This document shows, piece after piece, positions 37,947 to 48,240 of a DNA stretch of 64,000 nucleotides; position 1 is the first letter of the stretch, and every line of letters starts with the position of its first letter. The position numbers and the translations under genes were made by a program. This DNA comes from Candidatus Yanofskybacteria bacterium (GTDB lineage: Bacteria; Patescibacteriota; Minisyncoccia; JACQLN01), in assembly GCA_943359335.1 (NCBI GenBank), contig CALRHC010000001.1, positions 22,466 to 86,465 on the forward strand. Direction: 5' to 3'. Below the pieces are notes generated by a model. It saw nothing but the letters and a program-made list of their open reading frames with translations, searched no databases and was not told the origin of the DNA.

Positions 37947-38033
37947 TAGCTACAAGTAAGCAGTACCTTAAGAGGTTCCTAAACAGGAACCTCTTTTTTA
38001 TTTTTGCTTACTGATACATAATGCAAATATAAT

Positions 38034-39785
38034 ATGAATTCTCAAGTAGAAGATATTAAAAATCGCTTAGATATCGCCGAAGTTATTCAGGGCTATTTAA
38101 AATTGCAAAAAGCTGGTGCCAACTGGAAAGGCTCGTGCCCGTTTCATCACGAAAAGACCCCTTCTTTTGTGGTAACACCTGCTAGGCAAATTTGGCATTG
38201 TTTTGGTTGTGGTGAAGGTGGTGATGTTTTTTCGTTTGTGCAAAAAATGGAGGGTTTGGAATTTTATGATGTTTTAAAAATGTTGGCCGAAAAAGCTGGA
38301 GTTAAATTAATAAAACGCGACCAAGATGTAGAGTTGGGTTCGCAGAGAAAAAGAATTTACGAAATTTCGGAACTTGCTACAAAATTTTTTGAACGCCAGT
38401 TGTTATCAAAGCAGGGTCAGCTAGCTGGAGAATATTTAAAAGATAGAGGTGTAACCAAAGAATCTTTAATTAGTTTTAGAATTGGTTGGGCACCCGATAC
38501 TTGGCAATCATTGCATAACTTTTTAAGTAGTGAGGGTTATACCGATGATGAAATAGATAAATCGGGACTTGCAGTAAAAAGCGAAACAACGGGCGAATAT
38601 CACGATAGGTTTAGACACAGAATAATGTTTCCCATAGCCGATAGCCAAGGGCAGGTGATTGGTTTTACCGGAAGAATTTTTGAAAAAGTAAAAGGTAAAA
38701 CTGTGCACGAAGATGCGGGAAAATATGTTAATACTCCAAGTACAATTTTATACGATAAATCGCAGGCACTTTATGGTTTAGATAAATCTAGAACATATAT
38801 TAGAAACGAGGGCTGTATTTTGCTGGAAGGTACAATGGATGTTTTAATGTCGCACCAAGCTGGTGTAAAAAATGTTGCGGCAACTTGTGGTACGGCTTTT
38901 GGTGTGGGGCATGCCAGAATAATTAAAAGATACACAGAAAAATTAATGCTAGCGTTTGATGCCGATGATGCAGGAGATTCTGCTTTAAAAAAAGGTGTGA
39001 ACATGGCAATTGCTTCGGGGCTTAATGTTTCGGTAATTTCTATTCCCTCGGGTAAAGATACGGCGGACGCTGTAAAAGAAGATCCAAAACTTTGGAGCGA
39101 GTCGGTTTCAAAACCCGTGCCATACTTAGCTCATATTATAAATAGATCGCTAAAAGATTTTTCTGGAACATTGGAATCTAAAAAGAATGTTTTAGTAAAT
39201 GTTTTGCCGTTTATAAAAAGTATTGTTTCTCCGTTAGATAAAGATTATTGGTTAGAAGAACTTTCGCATAGAGTTGGTGTAGCAAGGGATGTTTTAAATT
39301 TGGAATTAAAACAATTACCTGTTCAGGATTTTAACTCCACATTACAGGCTCCCAGTATACTTTCTTCTAAGGTTATTGCTTCTCCAAAAGATTTGCCGGG
39401 TTTACGTCAAGAAGAGTATCTGCTATCTTTACTATTAAGATATCCAGACTTAAAAGGCCGCCTTGGCAATGAGGAGCTAGAATTATTCTCCCAGCCAAAC
39501 TTATTTTCGCTGGCCCAAAGTCTACTGGCAAATGACGGAACCAAAATTCCGGATTCGGCTGATTCTCGCTTGATTGCTATGAGCGAACTAATAGCCGATT
39601 TTAATATTGATCCGGAAGACGAATTTGCTAGAACTCTTGTTAGTTTAAAAAAACAAAGTTTGCAGTCTAAGCTTAAAGTTATTCAAGCCGATATTAAAAA
39701 AGCTGAAGCCGATGGCGACAGCCAAGCTTTGAATCTTTTGCTTAAGGAATTTGGCGAACTTTCTCAAAAATTATTAAATATATAA
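38034..39785 (+). CDS. dnaG: DNA primase
   Basis: CPFHHEKTPSF, HCFGC, RIMFPI, KYVNTP, EGTMDV, FDADDAG. Confidence 0.97.
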   Translation: MNSQVEDIKNRLDIAEVIQGYLKLQKAGANWKGSCPFHHEKTPSFVVTPARQIWHCFGCGEGGDVFSFVQKMEGLEFYDVLKMLAEKAGVKLIKRDQDVELGSQRKRIYEISELATKFFERQLLSKQGQLAGEYLKDRGVTKESLISFRIGWAPDTWQSLHNFLSSEGYTDDEIDKSGLAVKSETTGEYHDRFRHRIMFPIADSQGQVIGFTGRIFEKVKGKTVHEDAGKYVNTPSTILYDKSQALYGLDKSRTYIRNEGCILLEGTMDVLMSHQAGVKNVAATCGTAFGVGHARIIKRYTEKLMLAFDADDAGDSALKKGVNMAIASGLNVSVISIPSGKDTADAVKEDPKLWSESVSKPVPYLAHIINRSLKDFSGTLESKKNVLVNVLPFIKSIVSPLDKDYWLEELSHRVGVARDVLNLELKQLPVQDFNSTLQAPSILSSKVIASPKDLPGLRQEEYLLSLLLRYPDLKGRLGNEELELFSQPNLFSLAQSLLANDGTKIPDSADSRLIAMSELIADFNIDPEDEFARTLVSLKKQSLQSKLKVIQADIKKAEADGDSQALNLLLKEFGELSQKLLNI

Positions 39786-39788
39786 AAT

Positions 39789-39909
39789 AAAATATCGTTC
39801 TTCGTAGACGATATGGAGCCTCTTTATTGTATCAAAAGTCTTCCTGCCTACGGCAGGTAAACTCCATACCTGCCCGCCTCTGGCGGGATGCTACTCAGAA
39901 CGATATTTT
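39789..39909 (+). repeat. Structured dispersed repeat, copy B, with two nested palindromes
   Basis: AAAATATCGTTCT...AGAACGATATTTT closing stem; homologous to 24516-24605. Confidence 0.75.
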
Positions 39910-39924
39910 CTCGTAAATTTTTCT

Positions 39925-41103
39925 ATGCCAAAAAAGAAAAAGATAAAAAAAATAAAGAAATCTAAACCAAAAAAGGTTTCTAAAAAAACCTCTAAAGTTA
40001 AAAAGGCTAAGCCAAGCCATAAAGCTAAAACTCCGGTTGTTACCGAAGAAAAATTAGCCGATTTAGTTAGACGTGGTAAAAGCAGGGGTTTTATTACTGA
40101 ATCAGAAATTATTCAAACTTTTCCAAATATCGAACAAGATATTTCTGGTTTGGAGTATTTGTATACTCACTTAGAATCTATAAATATAAAAATAATTAGT
40201 GCGCAGGAGAGACTTAAAACTTTAGAACCTGGCAAAGAAAAAACAAAGAAATCGGATCATGTGGGTTTAGGACCTTTGTTTGATTCTGTTCAAATATATT
40301 TACGCGAAATTGGCAGAGTGCCGCTTTTGCGTGGTCCAGAAGAAGTTGAACTTGCTAAAAGAATAGAAAAAGGTGATGCGGAAGCTAGGCAAAAACTAAC
40401 CCAAGCAAATTTGCGTTTGGTGGTTTCGATTGCTAAAAAATATGTTGGTAGAAGTTCGCATTTAACACTGCTCGATTTAATTCAAGAAGGAAATATTGGT
40501 TTAACCAAAGCCGTAGAAAAATTTGATTACACCAAAGGTTATAAATTTTCTACTTATGCCACTTGGTGGATTCGCCAAGCAGTAACTCGCGCTTTAGCCG
40601 ACCAAGCCAGAACAATTCGTATTCCGGTACACATGGTGGAAACGATTTCTAAATACACACAGGTAAAAAGGAGATTGCTTCAAGATCTTGGCCGAGAACC
40701 TTTAGCCGAAGAAATTGCTCAAGAAATGGATATGGATGTAACCAAAGTTAGGCACATTCAAAAAATTACACAAGAAGCAGTATCGTTAGAATCTCCAGTG
40801 GGCGATAGTGACGAAGACAGTACACTTGGCGAACTTATAGAAGACGAAAAAACTTTATTGCCTTCGCAAGTAGCGGCTCAACAATTATTACGCGATCAAA
40901 TTAAAATGATAATAGACGATCTTTCGCCACGCGAACAAAAAATATTGCAGATGCGTTTTGGTTTGGAAGATGGCGCCACACACACTTTAGAAGAAGTGGG
41001 TAAAGAGTTTGGTGTAACTCGCGAACGTATTAGGCAGATCGAAGCCAAAGCTTTAGACAAAATACGTGGCCACGAGAGGATTCATAAATTGAGGGAGTAT
41101 TAA
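39925..41103 (+). CDS. rpoD: Primary sigma factor RpoD
   Basis: [46 protein letters not shown]; dnaG synteny. Confidence 0.97.
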   Translation: MPKKKKIKKIKKSKPKKVSKKTSKVKKAKPSHKAKTPVVTEEKLADLVRRGKSRGFITESEIIQTFPNIEQDISGLEYLYTHLESINIKIISAQERLKTLEPGKEKTKKSDHVGLGPLFDSVQIYLREIGRVPLLRGPEEVELAKRIEKGDAEARQKLTQANLRLVVSIAKKYVGRSSHLTLLDLIQEGNIGLTKAVEKFDYTKGYKFSTYATWWIRQAVTRALADQARTIRIPVHMVETISKYTQVKRRLLQDLGREPLAEEIAQEMDMDVTKVRHIQKITQEAVSLESPVGDSDEDSTLGELIEDEKTLLPSQVAAQQLLRDQIKMIIDDLSPREQKILQMRFGLEDGATHTLEEVGKEFGVTRERIRQIEAKALDKIRGHERIHKLREY

Positions 41104-41163
41104 TTTTGTATAAAAAAAATCCACGCACTGTTTTTGGTGCGTGGAGTGAAGGCAAGGTATTAT

Positions 41164-43254
41164 TTACTCTTTGCCAAGGAATTTTTTCCAGCCAGGGAAA
41201 TCCTTATAGAAATAATATGGATTACCCGGAAGTTTTGGATCATTTCTATATGATCTTGTATACATAGGTCCTGAGATGATGTTCAGCTTTATCGCCGCTC
41301 TAGAAGCTTCTTTCCATGTTTTGTACTTAATGGATCCACCCAAGAATATAATCCAGCCAGGGAAATCTTTATAAGTCTCATCCGGATTACTTGGGAGTCT
41401 CTCATCTTTTTTGTAGTATCTTTGATACTTGGGTCCAGATGTGATGCCTAGAGATATGGCCGCTACTCCTGCCTCTTGCCAAGTCGGATATCTAACAGTT
41501 CTGTCTAAGAATACTGACCATCCCGGAAAGTTTTGGTAAGTAATTCTAGGTATTGATGGTAGCTTTCTATCTTTTTTATATTCTCCACTTTTATAACCAG
41601 ATGATGTTTTGATGCTCAACTTTACCGCCGCTCTAGAAGCTTCTTGCCAAGTTGGGTAAAAAATATTTTGTAAGAATTCTCCATATCCAGGAAAATCAGG
41701 ATAGGTACTGTTTGGATTTGATGGTAGCCTAGGGTCTTCCTTGTATCTCTCGTTCTTCTTGTAGTCTGTCGTATCTCTAATACCCAACTTTATCGCCGCT
41801 CTAGAAGCTTCTTGCCATGTCGGATACACATTTTCAGCAGTACGCTTGGGACCGCCCTTTCCTAAAAAAACATTCCAACTAGGAAAGTTTTTATAGGTAT
41901 ATGATGGATCTGGTGGTAACTTGTTATCTTTGCGATACATCTCTCGGTATTCGGATACTTTTTTAAGACCAAGTTTTTGTGTGGCTTGTGACGCTTCTTC
42001 CCATGTAGTATAGAATTCTCTTTCGCAATGATCTAGAACTTTCATTAAATCCACTACCTCATCAGAGAAAGTGAACTCAAATCCCTTTCCAGACACTTCA
42101 AACTTTTGTCTAGTATAACCTTCATGTTCTATCTCTTTTTTAGAAGTGTATTCTTCGTGAAGATTGGAAATTTTGTTCATCATCTCAAGTACTAGCTGAA
42201 TACGCTCAAGATTTCCCACAAAGTCTAGAACTATGAGCTTATCTTTTCCAGGACGAAGTCCGCGGCCAAGTTGTTGCCGAAAGACAGTCAAAACTCCAGT
42301 AACTCGGCAGAATGCAACCAATCCAACAGATGGAACATTAACTCCTTCGTTGAAAGCATTTACTGCACATACCCTGCGAACCGTTCCGTTATGCAAAGCT
42401 CCGAGAACTTTTTGGTTCTTACTCCAAGAGTCGTTCTTGTCTTTGCCTTTGCGTGAATGAAATGTTTCTGAAAGTTCAAGTGATTTACTGAGTCTTTCAG
42501 CGTGGGTAATTGAGTCGCAAAATACAACTGCTTTTTCAAGATAACCATTTATGATTCTCGTGATTTCTTCGTCACGTTTCCTTATAAAGATTCGGCGGTT
42601 AACTTCTGCCATGGTAAAACGTTTCTTGCCTTCATGGATTTCAGCTGTAATTTCTTGAAGTACTTTATCGTCCAAACTCTGGTCGGTAATAACGTGATAC
42701 TCAATTCTAGGAAGCCAACTACGGGCAATAGCTTCTTCTAGAGTTATGTTAATCACTTCGGGACCAAAGATGCTACGAATGTCTGCTCCATCTTCGCGGT
42801 CAGGTGTAGCAGTAAGACCGAGCTTAGCTCCGGTGAAGTAATTAGTTACTGGTCGATACGTTTCAGCTTCCGAGTGATGGGCTTCGTCTACGATGATCAA
42901 ACCAAAATGATTTCGTGACCATTGTTTAAGATTGTTTCTCATGGTCTGCCAAGTGGCAAAAACAATATCTCCTTCTTTTGCTCCGTTCTTTGACATGCCA
43001 TTATATATAACCATTCTAGTTTTTCTTTCATCAAAAACTAGGCCGAATTCATCAAGGGCGTGTTTCAGAATATGGTTGTTATGAACCAAAAACAAGGTTT
43101 TTTTGGGACGAAATTTCTTTGTAACAAATATAGCTGTTAGGGTTTTGCCCAAACCAGTAGCCATTACAACCAATGCTCTTTTAGAGTGACTACGTAATTC
43201 TTTCAGAGCGGCTTTAGTGGCTAGCTCTTGGTAAACACGAGGTTCTATCTTCAA
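41164..43254 (-). CDS. SF2 (ResIII-like DEAH) helicase with five C-terminal integrase-repeat-like units
   Basis: MATGLGKT, DEAHH, LTATP, QQLGRGLR; repeats YPTWQEASRAA..LGI...Y..D.RLP..P..Y..FPGW..FL. Confidence 0.85.
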   Translation of the reverse strand: MKIEPRVYQELATKAALKELRSHSKRALVVMATGLGKTLTAIFVTKKFRPKKTLFLVHNNHILKHALDEFGLVFDERKTRMVIYNGMSKNGAKEGDIVFATWQTMRNNLKQWSRNHFGLIIVDEAHHSEAETYRPVTNYFTGAKLGLTATPDREDGADIRSIFGPEVINITLEEAIARSWLPRIEYHVITDQSLDDKVLQEITAEIHEGKKRFTMAEVNRRIFIRKRDEEITRIINGYLEKAVVFCDSITHAERLSKSLELSETFHSRKGKDKNDSWSKNQKVLGALHNGTVRRVCAVNAFNEGVNVPSVGLVAFCRVTGVLTVFRQQLGRGLRPGKDKLIVLDFVGNLERIQLVLEMMNKISNLHEEYTSKKEIEHEGYTRQKFEVSGKGFEFTFSDEVVDLMKVLDHCEREFYTTWEEASQATQKLGLKKVSEYREMYRKDNKLPPDPSYTYKNFPSWNVFLGKGGPKRTAENVYPTWQEASRAAIKLGIRDTTDYKKNERYKEDPRLPSNPNSTYPDFPGYGEFLQNIFYPTWQEASRAAVKLSIKTSSGYKSGEYKKDRKLPSIPRITYQNFPGWSVFLDRTVRYPTWQEAGVAAISLGITSGPKYQRYYKKDERLPSNPDETYKDFPGWIIFLGGSIKYKTWKEASRAAIKLNIISGPMYTRSYRNDPKLPGNPYYFYKDFPGWKKFLGKE

Positions 43255-43349
43255 TTTAGACCACCTTTCTTTTCGGTAGGTATTTAATTTTTAAGGATCA
43301 AAAAGCATTTTATGCTTTGGCAACGATTATAACAATAATTATAGTTTTG

Positions 43350-43415
43350 TCAAGATTTTATTAGCTTTCTTAGTTCGCAATCTTTTTCGCCGCAGAATTT
43401 GTTCCAAAACCTTAA
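43350..43415 (-). pseudogene. Diverged duplicate of the 3' end of the UvrD-nuclease gene
   Basis: Translates LRFWNKFCGEKDCELRKLIKS* versus LKFWNKFCGEKDCEYCELRKLIS* of the intact gene. Confidence 0.85.
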
Positions 43416-43441
43416 GTTTCACTGTTACTGTGGATAGAGTG

Positions 43442-43490
43442 TTGACTTCGCTTAAGTGTGTGAGTATAATTGTAACATAATTTGTTACAA
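43442..43490 (+). promoter_or_regulatory. TA operon promoter and palindromic operator
   Basis: TTGACT-17nt-TATAAT followed by TTGTAACA-taatt-TGTTACAA. Confidence 0.75.
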
Positions 43491-43509
43491 TTAATTTTTT
43501 AATAAAAAC

Positions 43510-43725
43510 ATGCGTAATATAGTTAATATATCTTTACCTAAAGAGATGGTTCAAGCAGTAGAAGAAAGTATGAAGAAGAATAATTTTGCTACCAAAAGCG
43601 AATTTTTTAGGGCTATTTTGAGAACTTGGTTGGAAGATAAATTAGCTAAAGAACTAGAGGAGAGTAGAAAAGAATTACAGCAAGGTAAGGGTAAAATTTT
43701 AAAATCTCTTAAAACTCTTAGGTAA
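43510..43725 (+). CDS. Ribbon-helix-helix antitoxin
   Basis: VNISLP...KSEFFRAILR pattern, upstream of toxin. Confidence 0.85.
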   Translation: MRNIVNISLPKEMVQAVEESMKKNNFATKSEFFRAILRTWLEDKLAKELEESRKELQQGKGKILKSLKTLR

Positions 43726-43734
43726 ACTTACCCA

Positions 43735-43992
43735 ATGCAGATTTACTATTCCACCAAGTTTAAGAGGGAATATAAAAAACTGCCAAAACAAGTAAAACTT
43801 TTAGCGGAAGAAAAAGAACAAATTTTCAGAAAAGATCTTTTTGATAAAAGGCTAGATACTCATAAATTACACGGTAAGCTAAAAGAATATTGGGCTTTTA
43901 GTATAGATGGTAAAAATAGAATAGTTTTTGAGTTTGCCAAGAAAAATGCTATTTGGTTTCATTCAGTTGGCGATCATTCTATTTATTATTAA
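43735..43992 (+). CDS. RelE/YafQ-family toxin
   Basis: YSTKFKREYKKL, THKLHGKL, WAFSI, RIVF, VGDHSIY. Confidence 0.88.
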   Translation: MQIYYSTKFKREYKKLPKQVKLLAEEKEQIFRKDLFDKRLDTHKLHGKLKEYWAFSIDGKNRIVFEFAKKNAIWFHSVGDHSIYY

Positions 43993-46866
43993 TTAGGAAA
44001 TTAACTTCCTTAGTTCGCAATATTCACAGTCTTTTTCACCGCAGAATTTATTCCAGAACTTTAAATTTAAAATTTCATCGGTACATTTTACGATAGTTTC
44101 TTTTAGCTCTTTGGTATGTTCGTTAGAAATTTCAAAAACCTCTCTTTTAAATCTGTTTTTATCGTCAGGCTCGGTAAAATCAATTGCACCTGCCATCATA
44201 TTATATTTTTTATTTGGCAATGAATCTAAAAGTAATTTGTAAAAAACCAATTGCCTAAAGTAATTACCGTCGGCGTTTTTTGTGTTGCCTAAAATTTCGT
44301 TACGGCTTTTGGCCGCACCTGTTTTGTAATCAACTACAGTTACAGCTGGGCTATTTGGTTTTAACTCAAGTCTATCTAGTTTTCCGCTTAGCTTAATTTC
44401 ATGTTTGCCTAAGTTTAAACTAACGCCTTTTATATTAAGCTCGTTAACTGTTTTTTGCGGTAAAGAGTCTTTATAAAAATTATAATAAGCCGTTAAACTT
44501 TCTATTCCTTTTTTAAGCAGGGCTTCGTGATCTTTCGGCATTAAAGGGTAATTTCGCAAATCTTCTATAAATTTTTCTATTATAAATTTATAAGTTATTT
44601 TTTTGTTTTTTTCTCTTTCGTCAAAGAATAACTGCAAAGCCTTGTGTTTGGCATTGCCGTAAATTAAATAATTAGCTTGGGCTTTAGGTATACGCAGTAA
44701 ATTGTTGTAGAAAAAATTCCAAGGGCAATCTAAGTAGTTGTTTAGAGAAGTAGGCGAGAAGCCGCGGTGTAAAAAGAGATCAATCACAAAAGATTTTTCA
44801 TTTATTTTTGGTTTTTCGTTATTAGAAGTTGAAACTAAAACAATCTTTTTAATTTCCGAGTTTGGTTTAGCAACAATTTCTTCTTTTAAAGATGGGTTAA
44901 TTTCGTTTATAAATTGGCTAGGGACTTGTTCTTTGCCATCGAACGAAGTTGTTGAGTAGGTAATAAAAGCTTCTTTTTTGGCGCGAGTTATGGCCATATA
45001 GAATAATCTGCGCTCGTCCTCGTTTTTTTCTATTTTACTAGCATCAAAGCTGGTTTTAATTGGTAGTTTAATATGGCTCATGTTTCGTTTATTGCCCCAG
45101 TGGCCGTTGTAGGCGCCAATAATAAAAACATAATCAAATTCTAAGCCTTTGGCTCGATGGGCTGTCATAAGCCGAATATTTTCCGGCAGGGTTTTTGTTT
45201 TAATTTGTATAGGTAGGTTGTGTTCTTTTAAAATTTCTAAATGGTTTATGTAATCTGGTAAAGAGAAGTTATGGTTAGCAAAATTTATTTTTTTAACTTC
45301 ACTAAAAAGAGTATGAAGCTTATTTAGTTTATCGTTGTAATTTTGCCCCGCTAGTAAATTTTTTAAATAACCAGATTCATTTATTACTTTTTCGAAAAAC
45401 TTAACAAATATATTGTTATGGCTATATTTTTTCCACTCGCCGATCTTTTTAAATAAATTAGAAACAGTAGGCGAACTATTAGGATTTTTTGATTCTATGG
45501 TTTGGAAAGTTTCAAGTGGATTAATATTTAAAAAATCTAAATGAAGTGCTGGGGCTAAAAACTCTAACGAGGGAAAGTTTTCTATAGCCTTAAAAAGTAT
45601 ATTTAATTTTTTAATATCTATGTCTTCTAGAATATTTTCATCGGATTCTACACCATGAGTTATATTTTGTTTGGTTAAAAAATCAGATAAAGAAAAAGCA
45701 TCTTTGTTTTCTCTGTATAAAATGGCAATTTTATGCGCCTCAACTTTTTGTTTTAGTAATTCTTTTATTTTTTGAGTTATAAAAAGATATTCAGATTCTG
45801 GAGATTCAAAAGAAATAACTTTAATATTGCTACCAGTGGTTTTTTGGTTTGCTTTCAATTGTACTGCAGCAAGTATGGTTTGGTTTTTTTCTATTAAACT
45901 ATGCGAAGCATCTAATATTTTTTGAGTAGAACGATAGTTTTGTTTAAGCTCTACTAATTTGGCTTTTTTAAATTTTTCTTTAAAATATAAAAAGTTTTCC
46001 AAACTAGCACCTTGAAACCTATATATAGCTTGTTTTTCGTCGCCTACAACGAACAGGTTTGGGTTTGTATCATAACTAGTTAAAAGTTCTAAAGCTTTGT
46101 TTTGGGCGCCGTTTGTATCTTGGTGTTCGTCTACTAATATGTACTGGTACTTTTCCTGAAGATCTAACAAAAAATCTTTATTCTTTTTAAGTGAATCTAT
46201 GGTTTCTAAAATCATATCTTCAAAGTCGTATAATTTTTTCTTTGAAAGTTCGTCTTGGTATTTTTTATAAACCAAAGATAATTCCTTTAAACGTTCAGTG
46301 TTCTTTTCCTCTTTAATATCTTCGGTGTTTATTTTTGAAGTTATATTTTTAAATTCTAAAGGATTAATACCTTCGCTTTTTAGTTGGCGGATATTTTTTA
46401 AAATTTCGGTAACATAATAATATTTATTGCCGAATGGTTTTAAGTTTTTAAAATTATTTTCGTCTATAATTTTTCTAACAATTTGAATTTGATCTACTTG
46501 GTTGGCATTATTGGAACCAATTATTTTTGGAAAATTTTCTGGGTAGTCTTGAATAATTTTGTTACAAAAGCCATGGAAGGTATGGATATTAATATAGTAG
46601 CTAGGCGTCCCTATCAAACTAGTCAAACGTCGCCTCATATTAGCAGTGGCGGATTCAGTAAATGTTAAAGCTAAAATATTTTCTGGGTTGGTATCGGTTT
46701 TGTTTAAGATATTAGCAATGCGCAAAGTTAAAATTTGAGTTTTACCTGTGCCAGGCCCAGCAATAACCATAACCGGGCCATCTATAGTTTCCACCGCTTG
46801 GCGCTGTTCGGGGTTTAAAGAAGTTAATTCTTTTTTGAATTTAGAGATGTCCATATTGGTTACCAT
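43993..46866 (-). CDS. UvrD/PcrA helicase fused to PD-(D/E)XK nuclease with C-terminal Cys cluster
   Basis: AGPGTGKT, LVDEHQD, QAIYRFQGA, TAHRAKGLEF, GKLDRL, VVDYKTG. Confidence 0.92.
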   Translation of the reverse strand: MVTNMDISKFKKELTSLNPEQRQAVETIDGPVMVIAGPGTGKTQILTLRIANILNKTDTNPENILALTFTESATANMRRRLTSLIGTPSYYINIHTFHGFCNKIIQDYPENFPKIIGSNNANQVDQIQIVRKIIDENNFKNLKPFGNKYYYVTEILKNIRQLKSEGINPLEFKNITSKINTEDIKEEKNTERLKELSLVYKKYQDELSKKKLYDFEDMILETIDSLKKNKDFLLDLQEKYQYILVDEHQDTNGAQNKALELLTSYDTNPNLFVVGDEKQAIYRFQGASLENFLYFKEKFKKAKLVELKQNYRSTQKILDASHSLIEKNQTILAAVQLKANQKTTGSNIKVISFESPESEYLFITQKIKELLKQKVEAHKIAILYRENKDAFSLSDFLTKQNITHGVESDENILEDIDIKKLNILFKAIENFPSLEFLAPALHLDFLNINPLETFQTIESKNPNSSPTVSNLFKKIGEWKKYSHNNIFVKFFEKVINESGYLKNLLAGQNYNDKLNKLHTLFSEVKKINFANHNFSLPDYINHLEILKEHNLPIQIKTKTLPENIRLMTAHRAKGLEFDYVFIIGAYNGHWGNKRNMSHIKLPIKTSFDASKIEKNEDERRLFYMAITRAKKEAFITYSTTSFDGKEQVPSQFINEINPSLKEEIVAKPNSEIKKIVLVSTSNNEKPKINEKSFVIDLFLHRGFSPTSLNNYLDCPWNFFYNNLLRIPKAQANYLIYGNAKHKALQLFFDEREKNKKITYKFIIEKFIEDLRNYPLMPKDHEALLKKGIESLTAYYNFYKDSLPQKTVNELNIKGVSLNLGKHEIKLSGKLDRLELKPNSPAVTVVDYKTGAAKSRNEILGNTKNADGNYFRQLVFYKLLLDSLPNKKYNMMAGAIDFTEPDDKNRFKREVFEISNEHTKELKETIVKCTDEILNLKFWNKFCGEKDCEYCELRKLIS

Positions 46867-46901
46867 TTAATCATTTTTAGATGTTTGCTACAATCTAATT
46901 A

Positions 46902-47471
46902 ATGAATTCTAAAACCATAATTGTTTTAGGTAGGTCGGGGTCGGGTAAAGGTACACAGGTTGAGCTTTTAAAAAAACTTATAGAACCTTGTCTTTATATT
47001 TACGCCGGCGATCTTTTTCGTGAACTTTCTGAATTCGATACAGTGGCTGGCAAAAAAATAAAAGCCGATTTAGCAACTGGTGGTTTACCACCAGAATGGA
47101 TCGCCGCTTTTTTGTGGCAAAAAGAACTAGTTTATGGTGTTCATGGGCTAGAAAATATTATTATTGATGGTTCACCTCGCCGTTTAGACGAAGCCAAAGA
47201 AATAGACAAAGTTTTAAGTTGGCTAGGTAGAACCGATATTAAAGTTATTTTAATAGATATTACAGAAGATGAAGCTGTTAAGCGTTTGCTTAAACGTGGC
47301 CGCGCCGATGACACCGAAGAATCAATTCGCTCGCGTTTAAGTTGGTTTAATACAGATGCTATGCCTGCGATTGAATATTACGAAAAATCGAATAGGTTGA
47401 TTAAAGTTGATGGTATGGGTAGTATAGACGAAATCCATGAGCGTATAAAAACAGCTCTAGAAATTGAATGA
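46902..47471 (+). CDS. adk: Adenylate kinase (short, no LID)
   Basis: GRSGSGKGTQ, IDGSPR, RGRADD; adjacent map. Confidence 0.85.
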   Translation: MNSKTIIVLGRSGSGKGTQVELLKKLIEPCLYIYAGDLFRELSEFDTVAGKKIKADLATGGLPPEWIAAFLWQKELVYGVHGLENIIIDGSPRRLDEAKEIDKVLSWLGRTDIKVILIDITEDEAVKRLLKRGRADDTEESIRSRLSWFNTDAMPAIEYYEKSNRLIKVDGMGSIDEIHERIKTALEIE

Positions 47472-48229
47472 TAGCCATAAAGACACCAGAAGAAATAGAA
47501 ATCATGCGCCAAGGAGGAAAAATCCTGGCGCGTGTTTTACAGGAGCTCGCTTTAGAAGTAAAGGTGGGCGTTAGTTTGAATTACCTAGACGATTTAGCCG
47601 AAAAACTTGTTTTAGGTTATGGAGCTAAGCCTTCTTTTAAAGGTTATAAACCCGCTGGAGCTAAGAAAGCTTATCCGGCTACTTTGTGTGCTTCGTTAAA
47701 CTACGAAGTTGTTCATGGTGTGCCCGACGATAGAGTTTTAAAAAATGGAGATATTATTAGTTTAGATTTGGGAGTTTTTTATAATGGTTATCATACAGAT
47801 AGCGCTGTAACTTTTGGTGTGGGCGAAATTTCTGAAAAAGCTACGCAACTTTTATTGGTAACCGAAGGTGATTTGGATTTAGCTATAACTTTAATAAAAC
47901 CAAATGTTTATTGGGGTGATATCGCTTACGAAATGCAGCGTCATGTGGAGGCTGCAAGATTTTCCGTGGTAAAAGATTTAACGGGGCATGGTGTTGGAAA
48001 AAATTTACAAGAAGAACCGTTTTTGCCTAATTACGGCAGTAAAGGCGACGAACCAATGTTAAAAGAAGGAATGGTTATTGCAATTGAACCTATGGTGGCT
48101 GTTGGTAAATCTGCGGTAGAATTAGGTTTGGATGGTTTTGTGTATCAAACAAAAGATAAAAGTTTAGCTGCACACTTTGAACATACAATTGTTGTTACCA
48201 AAAAGGGTGCCGAGGTTTTAACGAAATAA
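47468..48229 (+). CDS. map: Methionine aminopeptidase type I
   Basis: EVVHGVP, DLG, HTDSA, GHGVG, AIEPM, AHFEHT. Confidence 0.96.
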   Translation: MIAIKTPEEIEIMRQGGKILARVLQELALEVKVGVSLNYLDDLAEKLVLGYGAKPSFKGYKPAGAKKAYPATLCASLNYEVVHGVPDDRVLKNGDIISLDLGVFYNGYHTDSAVTFGVGEISEKATQLLLVTEGDLDLAITLIKPNVYWGDIAYEMQRHVEAARFSVVKDLTGHGVGKNLQEEPFLPNYGSKGDEPMLKEGMVIAIEPMVAVGKSAVELGLDGFVYQTKDKSLAAHFEHTIVVTKKGAEVLTK

Positions 48230-48240
48230 TATTAGTCCTT

